Source of the DNA: Hemiscyllium ocellatum
Lineage: Eukaryota
Length of the DNA stretch: 64,000 bases
Direction of reading: 5' to 3'
Assembly (NCBI RefSeq): GCF_020745735.1
Contig: NW_026867487.1
Span: forward strand, 4,295,239-4,359,238
Part shown: piece by piece, positions 1 through 12,166 of the stretch
How positions within the stretch are numbered: the first letter of the stretch is position 1
Layout of the letters: every line of letters begins with the position of its first letter
Notes under the pieces: generated by a model
What the model saw: the letters and a program-made list of their open reading frames with translations, nothing else
Database searches by the model: none
Told to the model about the DNA's origin: nothing
Position numbers and translations under genes: made by a program

Positions 1-118
1 TGTTGGTTCTCAGAGATGAGTAGCAGGGATTCAGTATCCCAGTCAGAATAAAAGTAGCGTTAAATAGTGATGAATCAGCAATCCTGAATTTCTATTTCAT
101 GCATCTCGCGTGTATGAT

Positions 119-292
119 TTCGTAACTGAATTACAACAAGAATAATAACAACATTTGAAATCACGATCATTACAGTGATTCTTTTATTAATTGTAACGTC
201 TGGACTACAAACAATGTAGTCAGGTCTTGTGGAAGGGAAGACTTACTGAGAAGTGAGACAATCATGAGGAGTCAAGAAAGGCAGTTCTTCAT
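119..292 (-). pseudogene. Leader-only TCR V pseudogene (family A); V exon and RSS deleted
   Basis: Leader exon 247-292 reads MKNCLS*LLMIVSLL (CGA>TGA) with a GTAAGT donor. The intron is retained but the acceptor is mutated. After ~10 nt of V-exon sequence (ttcgtaactg) it is fused to unit-internal repeat DNA equivalent to ~2720. Confidence 0.9.
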
Positions 293-2822
293 GGTTCTCA
301 CTGCCTTGTCAATTTTTCAGTCAGAATCTCCTCTATCGTCGCACCCCATTCGAATTTGTTCCTGTCAATCATAAACAGCAAGCACTGCAGCAGTCTCTTA
401 AATAACACAGGGTGGAAAGGCGGGTCAGAGTGAGAACAAACGCAAATTCAAATCAGGACTATTGCAACACAGCTCTGAGTGAAGTACCTGCTTCAGCTGA
501 GAACAGAAAAATGTGTCACTGCTCAGTTTTGCATCCGGAATTGTTTAATGCTGAGAAACCTGTGACCACCCTGCCCTTTTTGTAACAAAGTAACCGAGGA
601 CCACGTAGATGGGGAGGGGATTTTAAAATATCTAAATTCATGGAAACATACCATACCGCGTATGCTCAATCGGCCAATACATCTGCACTTTGAAAAGACT
701 ATCTAATTAATTCCAATCCTTTCACCCTTTCCACGTTTTATTGCTGTGCAACTTATTTTGCCAAGTGCACTTACAATCCCTCGTAGAAAATTTCAAGAGC
801 ATCCAATACTACCATATTCGCACTGCAGAATTAATCGATATGAATTTGGTTCGATTCATAATTTTGACCTTTCTCTTGATCTTTTTCCGTCTGTTCCAGA
901 ATACCTTACCAGTGAAAACAATATTGAAGATCTATTTTTTCTATCCTGTTTGTAATTTTGTGCATCTTATTAAAATTTTGCTTAATTTGATCTTGCCTGC
1001 TTCAGTCTGCTTTTTTTTTATTTCTTCTTTCATTTTACTATTTCTCTTTACTTGCTAATTTTCTCCCTTTTGATCAGCATCGGATTTCTGCTAATCCTGG
1101 TTTTACTTTTACCGTGCATGTCTTCAGACCGAGTATCAAATCTATGAGTCTGATTCGGTGTTTGGGGTCATCATCGGTTGTTTGTGAATTTACTCAACAG
1201 AAAATGAATTTTGACTGTTTCAATTATAATTACGCAGCAAATGATTTATTGCAAATTTCTCATAGTTTATTGAGTCCGTGAAGAAGCAGTAGTTTAGAGA
1301 TAATGCACCAGTTAATTATGTCAAAAAAGTATGTCCGAGATATTTGTGCCGGTTTCACAATACCAGAGGGCACAATGTTCTATCGTTGAGGAATATTTCA
1401 GTCTCTTTATAGTAGTGGAGATCACCCCCATCATGCTGTCTATCCGCAGTATTAAAGATGAACACCCTTGATCTTCGTCCTCTCCTTTGGTCAGTCATCC
1501 ACCTGTCTGGGGAAGACTGCTTGATGAAGACTGCTTTCCCCTCTCCTTTGAGTCTATTCTTGATTCCTGCAATGGTCCTTGTACACTAACTTGACCTTAC
1601 CCGCTGTTGCACATTTTCATTGCGGAAGTGGTTTCTTTAAATTCCTTGGCTACAAAGTGGACATTCTAGTGCGGAATTAGGATCGCCTATAATACATCTC
1701 CGAGTGTCTCAATCATGAACGTCTTCGCTCTTTCTCTAAACCCGACACTTTGTTTAATCATATTTTGAGGAGAAGATTAATTCTCTCTGCGCATATGAAT
1801 TATCTAAACCCTTCTTTTCAATGTGTATGGGGCAGCCACTAACGACATCGGCTTATCATCATCCCAGCATCCGGTTCATGTTAGAGTTAGCACAACATGC
1901 TTTTGAAGCTTGACATTTAAACACAACACAAAGAAAATAGTGTGGTGATGTTGGGCAAAGTGATGTAACTGTTGATTGTAATTTCCCTGTTTGTTTTCAG
2001 ATGAAACAGTTCTTTAAGGTTAAGCACATCTGTTCAATACAATCACATGCTGAACACTAAGTGCCAGGAAAGCTCCGTTTTTTTCAGAAAATGTTCAAGA
2101 CAGGGTTTCGTTCATGAACAGAAAACAGTGCCTCAACGATTTCTCTCAAAGTGCAATCTTTTAATTATTTCCCATCATCTTCAGTGTGTTTGCGGTTGCA
2201 TCTGACTGTTTCAGATGTCTTCGCAATTGCCAACAGATGGCAATGTCTGTTCACTTGTGTAATATCACCATCACCCTTCTACAGAAAGACAAGTTAGAAA
2301 ATTTATGAATGGGCCTGAAGGAAATGTACATCAGCCGAAGAACTAGCTTCGATGTAATTTTCTCCCTTTCCGGGCCTGATGAAGACGGTGATCTCTCTCT
2401 CTGTTTCTGGAGTTCAGACAGACGCCGGGAAGGAGGGGGGGAGGGTGGGGGTGGTATTGTAACCATGACAGATACTGGTTATTGCCTTGACGATAGGAAT
2501 TTGAATCTGCTTTCTAAATTCCTCAGTCATCTCACCATAACCCATTCACGTTCCTGAAAGATCAGTTTTGTTCTGTTCCCCATTCATATATGCTGTGCCT
2601 GCTGATGGTTCTCCGAGATGAGTAGCAGGGATTCCGTATGCCAGTCTGGACAATACTAGCGTTAAATGGTGATGATTCAGCAATACTGAATTTCTATGTC
2701 ATGCATCTAGCGTCTATGACTTGTGCATTACTATAATCCACATCAAGCTCCTTAGTTGCTGCTCAGAATCCAAATCTATTGTGCTAACGACACTCTTCCC
2801 AGATTGAAATACAGTAAGGAAT

Positions 2823-3300
2823 AGACCAGTGTGACTGGCATCAGTGTTGATTAAGTTCTTGGAGGGATTCTGAAGAAAAGGATTAGCGAGGTTTGAGAAG
2901 ATTTGTAGCTCATATTAAGGTTCTTGATGTAGATCTGCCCGCCGAGGTGAAAGGTTCATTTTCAGACGTTTTGTCATCATACGAGGTAACATCGTCAGTC
3001 AGCTTCTGGATAAAGGACAGAATTTCAATGTACTCGGAATGGAAGGATTGTTCAGGGATAATCGACATAACTTTGTGCATGAGAAATTAAAACTCACTAA
3101 CTTTATTATGTCTTTTGTGATTTGACAAAGAAGATTGATGAGGTCCGTAAAATAGCCATTGGCTATCTGGTCTTCAGCGAGGCTTTTGACAAGCTTTGAC
3201 ATGTTGGACTGGTGAGAAAGATTTAATCACATGGGATGTAGCCACATCCAACTAATTGGATGCAAAACTTGATTGAAGAGAGGAGACAAAGGATCTGTTC
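2823..3300 (+). mobile_element. Degenerate CR1-type LINE reverse-transcriptase fragment with a nested ~100-bp Penelope-like terminal fragment (~2893-2995)
   Basis: Decayed coding for RPVSLTSV.GK.LEGIL...QHGF...TNL..F...TK.IDE...D..Y.DFSKAFDKV. The nested piece gagctggaaggttcattttcagacgtttcgtca-like is a shark PLE end. Confidence 0.75.
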
Positions 3301-3821
3301 GTATTTCGTGATGTCGATTAAGAATATCAGAAATTGACCTGGCTCCTGATGATACAATTGTAAGGAAAATAATCGCATGTCTGAAATGGCAGATCACCGA
3401 ATCTCGTTCAAACTGTATCACTGTAACCATTTCCTGTGAGATGGAATTTTCACAGTTAGGTCCTGCAGATATTTAGGTATTCTAAGGATGACTTTATCCA
3501 ATGAAGCAAACTAACAGCACATGTTTTAATACAGGAATTACCAGAAAATGGAAGATTGATATGCTCATGTCACACACAACTGAACATTTTAGTATTCTGG
3601 AACGTACCAGTTAAGGGAACTGGATTAGTTTGAAATGAGTAAAAAGCAAAAGCTGGGACCTTACAGGGCAAATTGTAGGTTTACACAGAGGGAACGAAGG
3701 ATCAATTGTTTCCACTCAGATGGTGGATTTGAATAGATGACGAATTTGCAAAGCCAAAAAATGTAGATGCGTTGCAACGACTCTCCGCTCCCCCCACACC
3801 CCACCCCAACCACCCAACATA

Positions 3822-3823
<2 letters not shown>

Positions 3824-3880
<57 letters not shown>
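3824..3880. repeat. (CA)n microsatellite
   Basis: Seen directly; orthologous tracts occur in other units. Confidence 0.97.
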
Positions 3881-5464
3881 GCCACCGTCGCACCCCGCAG
3901 CTAACAGGTCAAATATAGTTGGGTGCTGCATAAGTTTAGAAGGAATGTTCGCTCTTCAGGAATTTCGTATAACCATGGCATAGTTTGATTTAGACTTGTA
4001 CTTGAAATGTCAAATGGCTCAAAAGTCAACCTCGACGAAGGTGCGTAAAATACTGAGAGGTTATCTTCTGAGAACGGAGAAGAGGTTTTGGGGCGGCGCT
4101 TGGTTGCTGCGCGATGTCATGGTGGAAAACGTGACGCTGAGATAACGAGAACTCTGTCGACGCGTTGCACCTGTGACCTACTTGAGCAGTAAATAAAGTA
4201 CGAGTAAGGGTGGAGAATGAGCATAAATTACAGAGAAAGAGAAAGTCAGTGATCCCAGTGAACATAAAAATTGTTATGCCCACACCTATTGTGAAAGCAT
4301 ATTCCTTTCTTTCAACCTCACATTTCCATGTCCCATTTACTTTGTCAATGATGACAGTTTCCTTTGGAGGTTTTCCATTGAATCTTTTTATCGTCTCACT
4401 TCTAACTTTACTGCAAATGGTTAAAACAGACTATCGTGTACCTGCTGGAACATCATGTTGTTTTGGTTGTAACCAACTCAGTGCAACAAAGCCCAACAAG
4501 AGTCAGAGCTTTGAACACACAAAATGTCACTCCACCCCTCTTTTCTAACAAAGAACATAACCTCGTTTTCGTTTGTCTACTCTGAAGAAAGTCCGTGATG
4601 TCAAGTGTAATGCTGGCTTATTATAGTCAAAACAACCTGTTCGGACATGTGATTGTAAATCTTTAGAGTACGTCAGATTTCCAGGCTTCAAGGTCCCGAT
4701 AGCAACACCGCATTATTATAGTTTTTATCATGATATGCAAATGAAACTTACTCAAAGTTGCCACACACCATTGCATATGACCCCGGCCCCTTGTCACAAT
4801 GGGTGTTCCCCCAACCATCTGACACACATGGTACTTTCTCATTGCCCAGTTTTGGAGTTGACTGTTAGCTGGTATTAATCAATGAAATCCTGTAAGAACG
4901 CACTGGAATTCCAAGGTCAATCAGATCACTCCCGTCCTGAGGAGGAAACGTCATTATCCGATGCTTACCATCACACAATTATAGAAAGGCCCTTTACTTT
5001 ACTAATGGAGGAATCAAGAATATTGAAACTCAAGAAAAGTACCACTGATAATCAAATTTACAATCACTAGTTTACAAGGCTAGCACAAGAATAGCTAAGC
5101 TAAGGAACCTGAGATGCGCAAGCGTTTCCAATTTGGACAAGAACGCCGAGCATATCATAGCCAGATAATGTGAGAATGCAACAAGTGAACTGCCTGCCCG
5201 CGAATACCAATGCCCCAAGTTAAAACCATAAAGTTTGTACAGTGTATATGCAGACCGCTTCATTTGGTGAGTACACATTGACTCTCTGAAGAATATTCCA
5301 TACAGATGAAAGCCTAAATCTTATTAATGCAGCCGACCTGGCATTCACACGCATGAAGTGCAAGCAGGCAAAGGGAGAATGTACAAAGTCCATGCAGTCA
5401 CCTGAGTCTGGAACAGAACCCGACATTATGAAGTGGTGCTAACCACAGAGCCGTCGTGGACTAA

Positions 5465-5767
5465 GGGCGGCATGGTGGCACAGTGGTTAGCACTGCTGCC
5501 TCACAGCGCCAGGGACCTGGGTTCAATTCCCGACTCAGGCGACTGACTGTGTGGAGTTTGCACATTCTCCCCGTGTCTGCATGGGTTTCCTCCGGGTGCT
5601 GCGGTTTCCTCCCACAGTCCAAAGATGTGTGGGTCAGGTGAATTGGCCATGCTAAATTGCCTGTAGTGTTAGGTAAGGGGTAAATGTAGGGGTATGGGTG
5701 GGTTGCGGGTCGGTGTGGACTTGTTGGGCGAAGGGCCTGTTTCCACACTGTAAGTAATCTAATCTAA
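5465..5767 (+). mobile_element. Young HE1-like tRNA-derived SINE, near full length
   Basis: Starts gggcggcatggtggcacagtggttagc, with A box TGGCACAGTGG and B box GGTTCAATTCC. Ends in an (AATCT)n tail. CTAA is duplicated at both ends. The site is empty in U2, U3 and U4. Confidence 0.92.
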
Positions 5768-7515
5768 AAAATCATGAATATGACAGGAGCTGCCTAAGTT
5801 TAAGATGTTGACCAATGAATCATTTTAGCGTTTTTATCACATTTTTAGACTCATAGAAGTGTTACTCTGTAATCAATAAAACGTGCTACTCGCATGCGCA
5901 CACTTGGACTGTGAGTATACACACTTGCAATCAGAGGGCGTGATCAATCACGTGATTGCGGAATCGAACTCTGATTCCTCGTGATGGAAACTATTCCGGA
6001 TCACCACTGAGCCATTGTGCACTCCAACTCTTGAAGTCATCAGGGCATGGCTCAATTTTAGAGATTCACCAATGAGTGTTCTTACAGTTTCATTTTTGAC
6101 CTTTCACTTCAGCCCGGTAAAACAGTCAAACTGTCATCAATAAAACTTGCTCCTGGCATGCCAATGCTTAAAGTTCGAATAGAAACCATTCCAGGTAGAG
6201 AGCACGTGTGCAAACTTCATGCTGACTCTCGCACATGTGTGGAGTCGAATCTAAACCCGTGGTCTTGTAAAGCAGCCAGGCTATCCACTGAGCCTGACCT
6301 TATCAGGAAATGGTTGTTTTAGAGATATTTGTAATCGCCTTTGCACTCATTACAAACAAAATCTTTCACAGACGGTGTGGATCGATAGATAGGCCAACAT
6401 TTATTGGCAACCTCTAACTGCCCTGGAGAAGGTGTTGGTGTGATACCTTCCTGAACGCTGCTGTTTTAGAAATGTTGCAACACCCTGTGTGTTATGGGGA
6501 AAGTAGTTCTCAGAATGTAGACCCAGGGACACTGAACGAATGTTAACGCAGTAATGACAAGGCAGGGTACTGAATGACATAGATGGGAACTTCTGTCGAA
6601 ATGATCCATAAATACCTCGTATTATAACAATGAAATTTGAGGTCAATAAGTAACTAATGAGAGAAATGAGAGAAATTCGACACCCCAATTAATCAAAACC
6701 AAGTTTCGAGCACGTGTTCACCAAAGGTTTACACCTAGTGGCAGTTTTACTTCTATCTGAGGGACAACATCGTTCTTTCTGCAGGAAAAGAATACAAAAT
6801 CATCGATAATCTCCAGATGTCGGGGAGAGAATGGAAATTGCAGCATCAGAAATTTTCATTTATTTAATATCAACTTGATCACCATTCCCGAGAACAGGGC
6901 AAGGTAGAGGGATTCCTGCTAGTAATGCTCAGCATCTGCAGAGTATGAAGAACAGGCGGGTATGCAATTCTTCAGATTAGAAAGACATGGGAGACTAGAA
7001 AAACACGTCAGCGTTTTTGAACTAACTTCCATCCTGTTATCATCAATCTCTAATGTCATTGCAAAGGGTTGCATGAGAAAACAGATATCAAGGCCAATTT
7101 CATTCCCACTTTAATATCTTTTCGCATTTTCTACACCTTCCGTTCGTTTGTACTTTACACAGACTAATGTCAGAAACAAAACATTGAATATTTCAACAGC
7201 TTCATGGGATTATCAAATATACTTCTATTCAGAACATTTGTAAAGGATGTGTCGAAATGCTTCGACATGAAAAATACAGAAAATGCAATAATATTCAACT
7301 TGTTTCTCTTAAACACGTTCTCCTCTGCTGAAGTTCGTTGTACCTGCAACTCGCTGTTTGACGATTCCTGATGGATGCCAGTTACAATCCAAGGCGGATT
7401 TCAAATGTAAATTTTCTGTTCCTTCTAGAATTGTCGCCAGTGTTGAAGAAATAATATTGACCGCACTGCCTGTGATCGAGCCAAAAGAGGGGAGGTTGAA
7501 AGCTTGGTCCCGTTT

Positions 7516-7546
7516 TGCGTGTGTGTGTGTGTCTCTGTGTGTGTGT
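7516..7546. repeat. (TG)n microsatellite
   Basis: Seen directly. Confidence 0.95.
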
Positions 7547-8051
7547 ATTAGCATCAGAAAACTGCGCACATGGGAGTCAGAGACTTGAAATGAATTTGCG
7601 ACATCGTCTGCAGCTGCTGTTTCCATGAAATCATTTTGTAATATTTCTGCATTTGTCTGCCAAGAAGGGACAAAAACTTACTTAAACAGTATGTTCCGAA
7701 TCACCACACCCCTGCCGCCGAGATCACACTAACTTTAGTCTCTCAAATCCATGAGATGTCTGTCTTTGTGAGTGCAAGGAACTAAGTGGAAAAATGAGAA
7801 GGAAAGACATTGGCGTCATTGATAAGAAAAGTAATAAGAAACAAAATTGCACAGATAGTTGTTAAGTTTTATTCCCACCATATTTGCATCCCGAATTTTC
7901 AGACTGATAGAAATCCGAAAATGGAACACTACTTATAGAGCTCTGTTCTTGTCACTTCAAGAATTTAGTTTGTAATTATTCCACTCGAGATGTTTCTGTT
8001 CCTCGCTGTGAGACTGCCTTCTCGTGAGCTCTAACGGGAACTCTGAGAGTG

Positions 8052-8090
8052 GGTTTTTGACGAGCTCTGCAATCTGTCTGCGCCAGTGTG
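8052..8090 (-). other. 23-bp-spacer recombination signal sequence
   Basis: Heptamer CACACTG (8090-8084), 23-nt spacer, nonamer TCAAAAACC (8060-8052). Confidence 0.95.
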
Positions 8091-8557
8091 AGGCTCATGG
8101 CACAGAAATACACAGCAGAGTCAGTGTTGAAGACATTGTTGATCGTTAACTCGGTAATCTTCGCAGTTTTATCAAATGTCAAAGAAAAACGATCAGAGAA
8201 GTCAGGATTCCTGTTTACCATTCCAGCTGTAAGCAAGTAAACGACGTATTGTGGAGATTGCCCTGGGGGCTGACTGTACCAAAAAAGAATAGGATTAGTA
8301 GTACTTGTCTTCAAATTGCAGGTGATTGTGACATTATTTCCTTCCTCAACAGTCATTTCAGGAATTGGCTGCTCCACTGTGTCTTCGTAACTGTATTCTA
8401 ACAAGAAAAATAACAATATTTGAAATCACGATCATTACAGTGATTCTTTTACTAATTGTAACGTCTGGACTACAAACACTTTAGTCAGGTCTAATAGAAG
8501 GGAAGACTTACTGAGAAGTGAGACAATGATGAGGAGTCGAGAAAGGCAGTTCTTCAT
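8091..8557 (-). CDS. Intact TCR alpha/delta-type V segment, family A copy 1 (leader 8557-8512; V exon 8397-8091)
   Basis: MKNCLSRLLIIVSLLK|YSYEDTVEQP...VTITC...LFWYSQPPGQSPQYVV...DRFS...TDSAVYFCAMS. Canonical C-W-C, GT/AG phase-1 intron, followed by a 23-RSS. Alpha/delta assignment is inferred from motifs and RSS type. Confidence 0.93.
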
Positions 8558-11132
8558 GGTTCTCACTGCCTTGTCAATTTTTCAGTCAGAATCTCCTCTA
8601 TCGTCGAGCCCCTTTCGAATTTGTTCCTGTCAGTCACGAACAGCAAGCACTACAGCAGTCTCTTAAATGACACAGGGCGGAAAGTCGGGTCAGAGTGAGA
8701 ACAAACGGAAGTTGAAATCAGGACTGTTGCAACACAGCTCTGGGTGAAGTACATGCTTCAGTTGAGAACAGAAAATGTGTGTCACTGCTCAATTTTGCAT
8801 CCGGAACTGTTTAATGCTGAGAAACCTGCCAGCACCCTGCTCTTTTAGAAACAAAGTAACCGAGGAACACATAGATGGGGAGGGGATTTTAAAATGTCTA
8901 AATTCATAGAAACATACCATACAGCATATGCTCAATCGGCCAATGCATCTGCTCTTTGAAAAGACCATCTAATTAATTCCAATCCTGTAACCCTTTATCT
9001 CGTTTTATTGTTGTGCAACTTTCGTTACTTTTCCAAGTGCACTTACAATCCCAGGTAGAAAATTCTAAGAGCATCCAATACTACCATCTTCTCACTGCAG
9101 AATTAATCGATATGATTATGGTTCAATGCGCAATTTTGACCTTTCTCTTGATCTTTTTCCGTCTGTTCCCGAATACCTTACCCGTGAAAAGAATATTGAA
9201 GATCTATTTTATAAATCCTGTTTTTAATGTTGTGCATCTTATTAATATATTCTTAAATTGTGATCTTGCCTGCTTCAGTCTGCTTTTCTTTTTTAAAAAA
9301 TCTTCTTTAATTTTACTATTTCTCTTTACTTCCGAATTTTCTCCCTTTTCATCAGCATCAGGTTTCCACCAATCCTGGTTTTACATTTACATCGTTACTA
9401 TCCTCTGCATGTCTTCAGACCGACTATCAAATCTATGAGTCTGATGCGGAGTTTGGGGTCATCATCGGTTGTTTGTGAATTCACTCCACCGAGTTCTCAA
9501 CAGAAAACGGCTTTTGACTGTTTCAATCACAATTACACAGAAAACGATTTATTGCAATTTTCTCATAGTTTATTGAGACTGTGAAGAATCAGTAGATTAG
9601 ACACAATGCATCCGTTAATTATTTTTTTTAAAGTATGTTCGTGATCTTTGGGCTCGTTTAACAATACCAGAGGACACAATGGCCTATCGTTGAGGAATGT
9701 TTCAGTCTGTTTATAATAGTGGAGGTCACCCTCATCATGCTATCTATCCGCAGTGTTAAAGATATACTCCCTTGGTCTTCGTCCTCTCCTTTGGTCAGTC
9801 ATCCACCTGTCTGGGGAAGACTGTTGATGACGACTGCTTTCCCCTTTGCTTTGAGTCGTTTCTTGATCCCTGCAATGTTCCTTCTACACTAACTTGACCT
9901 TGCCCGCTCTTGCACCTTTTCATTGTGGAAGTGGTTTCTTTAAATTTCTTGGCAACATAGTGGACATTCTAGTGCGGAATGAGAGTAGCCTAATATACCT
10001 CTCTGAGCATCTTCAATCCTGAATGTCTCCGCTCTTTTTCTGAGCCTGTCTTTTTCAATCATATTTCGAGGAGAAGGTTAATTCTCTCTGTGCGCATTAA
10101 GTATCTCAACCCTTGTTTTCAATGTGTATAGGGCAGCCACTAACGACTTCAGCTTACCATCATCCCAGCATTCGGTTTATGTTAGAGTTAGCGCAAAATG
10201 TTTTTGAAGCTTAACATTTAAACACAACACAAAGAAAAGAGTGTGCTGATATTGGGCAAAGTGATGTAACTGTTGATTGCAATTTCCCTGTTTGTTTTCA
10301 TATGAAAAAGTTCTTAAAGATTAAGCACGTTTATTCAATGCAATCTCATGCTGAATACTAAGTGCAAGGAGAGCTCAGTTTTTTTTAAGGAAATCTTCAA
10401 GGCAGGGTTTTGTTCATGAACAGAAATCAGTGGCTCATTGATTTCTCTCAAAGTGCAACCTTTTAATTATTTCCCATCGTCTTCAGTGTGTTTGCGGTTG
10501 CATTTGTCTGTTTCAGATGTCTTCGCAATTGCCAACAGATGGCAAAGTCTGTTCACTTATGCAATATCACCATCACCCTTCTACAGAAAGACAAGTTTGA
10601 AGATGTATGAATGGGCCTGAAGGAAATGTACACCAGTCGAACAACGAGCTTCGATGTAATTTTCTCCCATTCTGGGCCTGATGAAGATGGTGATCACTGT
10701 CTCTGTTTCTGGAGTTCGGACAGAAGCCGGGGAGGAGGGGGGAGGGTGGGGGTGGTGTGGGGTGGTGTTGTAACCATGACTGACACTGGCTATTTCCTTG
10801 ATGATAGGAATTTGAATCTGCTTTGTAAATTCCCCAGTCATCTCAACATAACCCATTCACGTTCCTGAGTGATCAGTTTTGTTCTGCTTCCCATTCGTAT
10901 ACGCTGTGCCTGCTGTTGGTTCTCAGAGATGCGTAGCATGGATTCAGTATGCCGGACAGAATAAAAGTAGCATTAAATGGTGATGATTCCGCAGTACTGA
11001 ATTTCCATCTCATGCATCTAGCATCTATGACTTGTATATAAATACAATGCACATCAAGCTCCTTAGTTGCTGCTCAGAATCCAAATCTATGGTGCTAACG
11101 ACACTCTTCCCAGATTGAAATACAGTAAGGAA

Positions 11133-11610
11133 TAGACCAGTGTGACTGGCATCAGTGTTGATTAAGTTCTTGGAAGGATTCTGAAGAACTTAACGATTAG
11201 CGAGATTTGAGAAGATTTGGAGCTCATGTTAAGGTTCTGAATGTAGGTCTGCCCGCTGAGATGAAAGGTTCATTTTCAGACGTTTTGTCACCATTCGAGG
11301 TAACATTGTCAATCAGCTTCTGGATAAAGGACAGAATTTCAATGTACTCGGAATGGAAGGACTGATCAGGGATCATCAACATAATTTTGTACATTAGAAA
11401 TCAAAACTCACTAACATAGTTATGTCTTTTGTGATGTGACAAAGAAGATTGATGAGGTCCGTAATATGGGCCTTGGCTATCTGGTCTTCAGCAAGGCTTT
11501 TGACGAGGCTTGACATGTTGGACTGGTGAGCAAGATTTAATCACGTGGGATGGAGTCACATTCAACTAATTTGATGCAAAACTGGTTTGAAGGGAGGAGA
11601 CAAAGGATGT
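11133..11610 (+). mobile_element. CR1 RT fragment with nested PLE fragment (U2 copy)
   Basis: Paralogous to 2823-3300. Confidence 0.7.
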
Positions 11611-12126
11611 GTTCGTATTTAGGGATATCACTTTAGAATAATTGAAATTGGCGTGTCTCCTGACGATACAATTGTAAGGAAAATGATTGCATATCTGAAA
11701 TGGCTGATCACCGAATCTCGTTCAAGCTGTATCACTGTAACCATTTCCTGTGAGATGGAATCTTCACGGTTAAGGCCAGCAGAAATTTAGAAATTCTAAT
11801 GTTGACTTTAACCAATGAACCAAACGAACAACGCATGTTTTAGTACAGGAAGTACCAGGAAATCGAAGATTGCTATGCTCGTGTTAGACGCAAGTGAGCA
11901 TTTCAGTATTCTGGAACGTATCAGTTAAGGCAACTGCATAAGTTTGGAATGAGTAAAAAGCAAAAGCTGGGACTTTACAGTGCGAATAGTGGGTTTACAC
12001 ACAGGGGACAAGGGATCAATTGTTTCCACTCAGATGGTGGTTTTGAAAAGATAACGAATTTGCAAAGCCAAGAAATGTAGATGCGTTGCAACGACTCTCC
12101 GCTCCCCCCACACCCCGCCCCCCCGC

Positions 12127-12166
12127 CACACACACACACACACACACACGCACACACACACACACC
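12127..12166. repeat. (CA)n microsatellite
   Basis: Seen directly. Confidence 0.95.

Noticed and set aside
1560-1750. Coding-like relic with an ECPLC motif on the minus strand in each unit
   Set aside because: A stop follows within a few codons in the copies I translated, no further RING or zinc-finger ligands are seen, and it cannot be assigned by eye.
7309-7626. Minus-strand ORF (..FNLPSFGSITGS..LKSALDCNWHP..GERV*) open in four units downstream of the RSS
   Set aside because: Many amino-acid changes between copies, an open frame on the opposite strand too, interruption by a variable microsatellite, and no recognisable domain or consistent start or splice site; consistent with neutral inheritance.
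7976-8090. V ORFs reading through the RSS for tens of codons
   Set aside because: Extension lengths differ between copies; read-through of unrearranged V exons is incidental.
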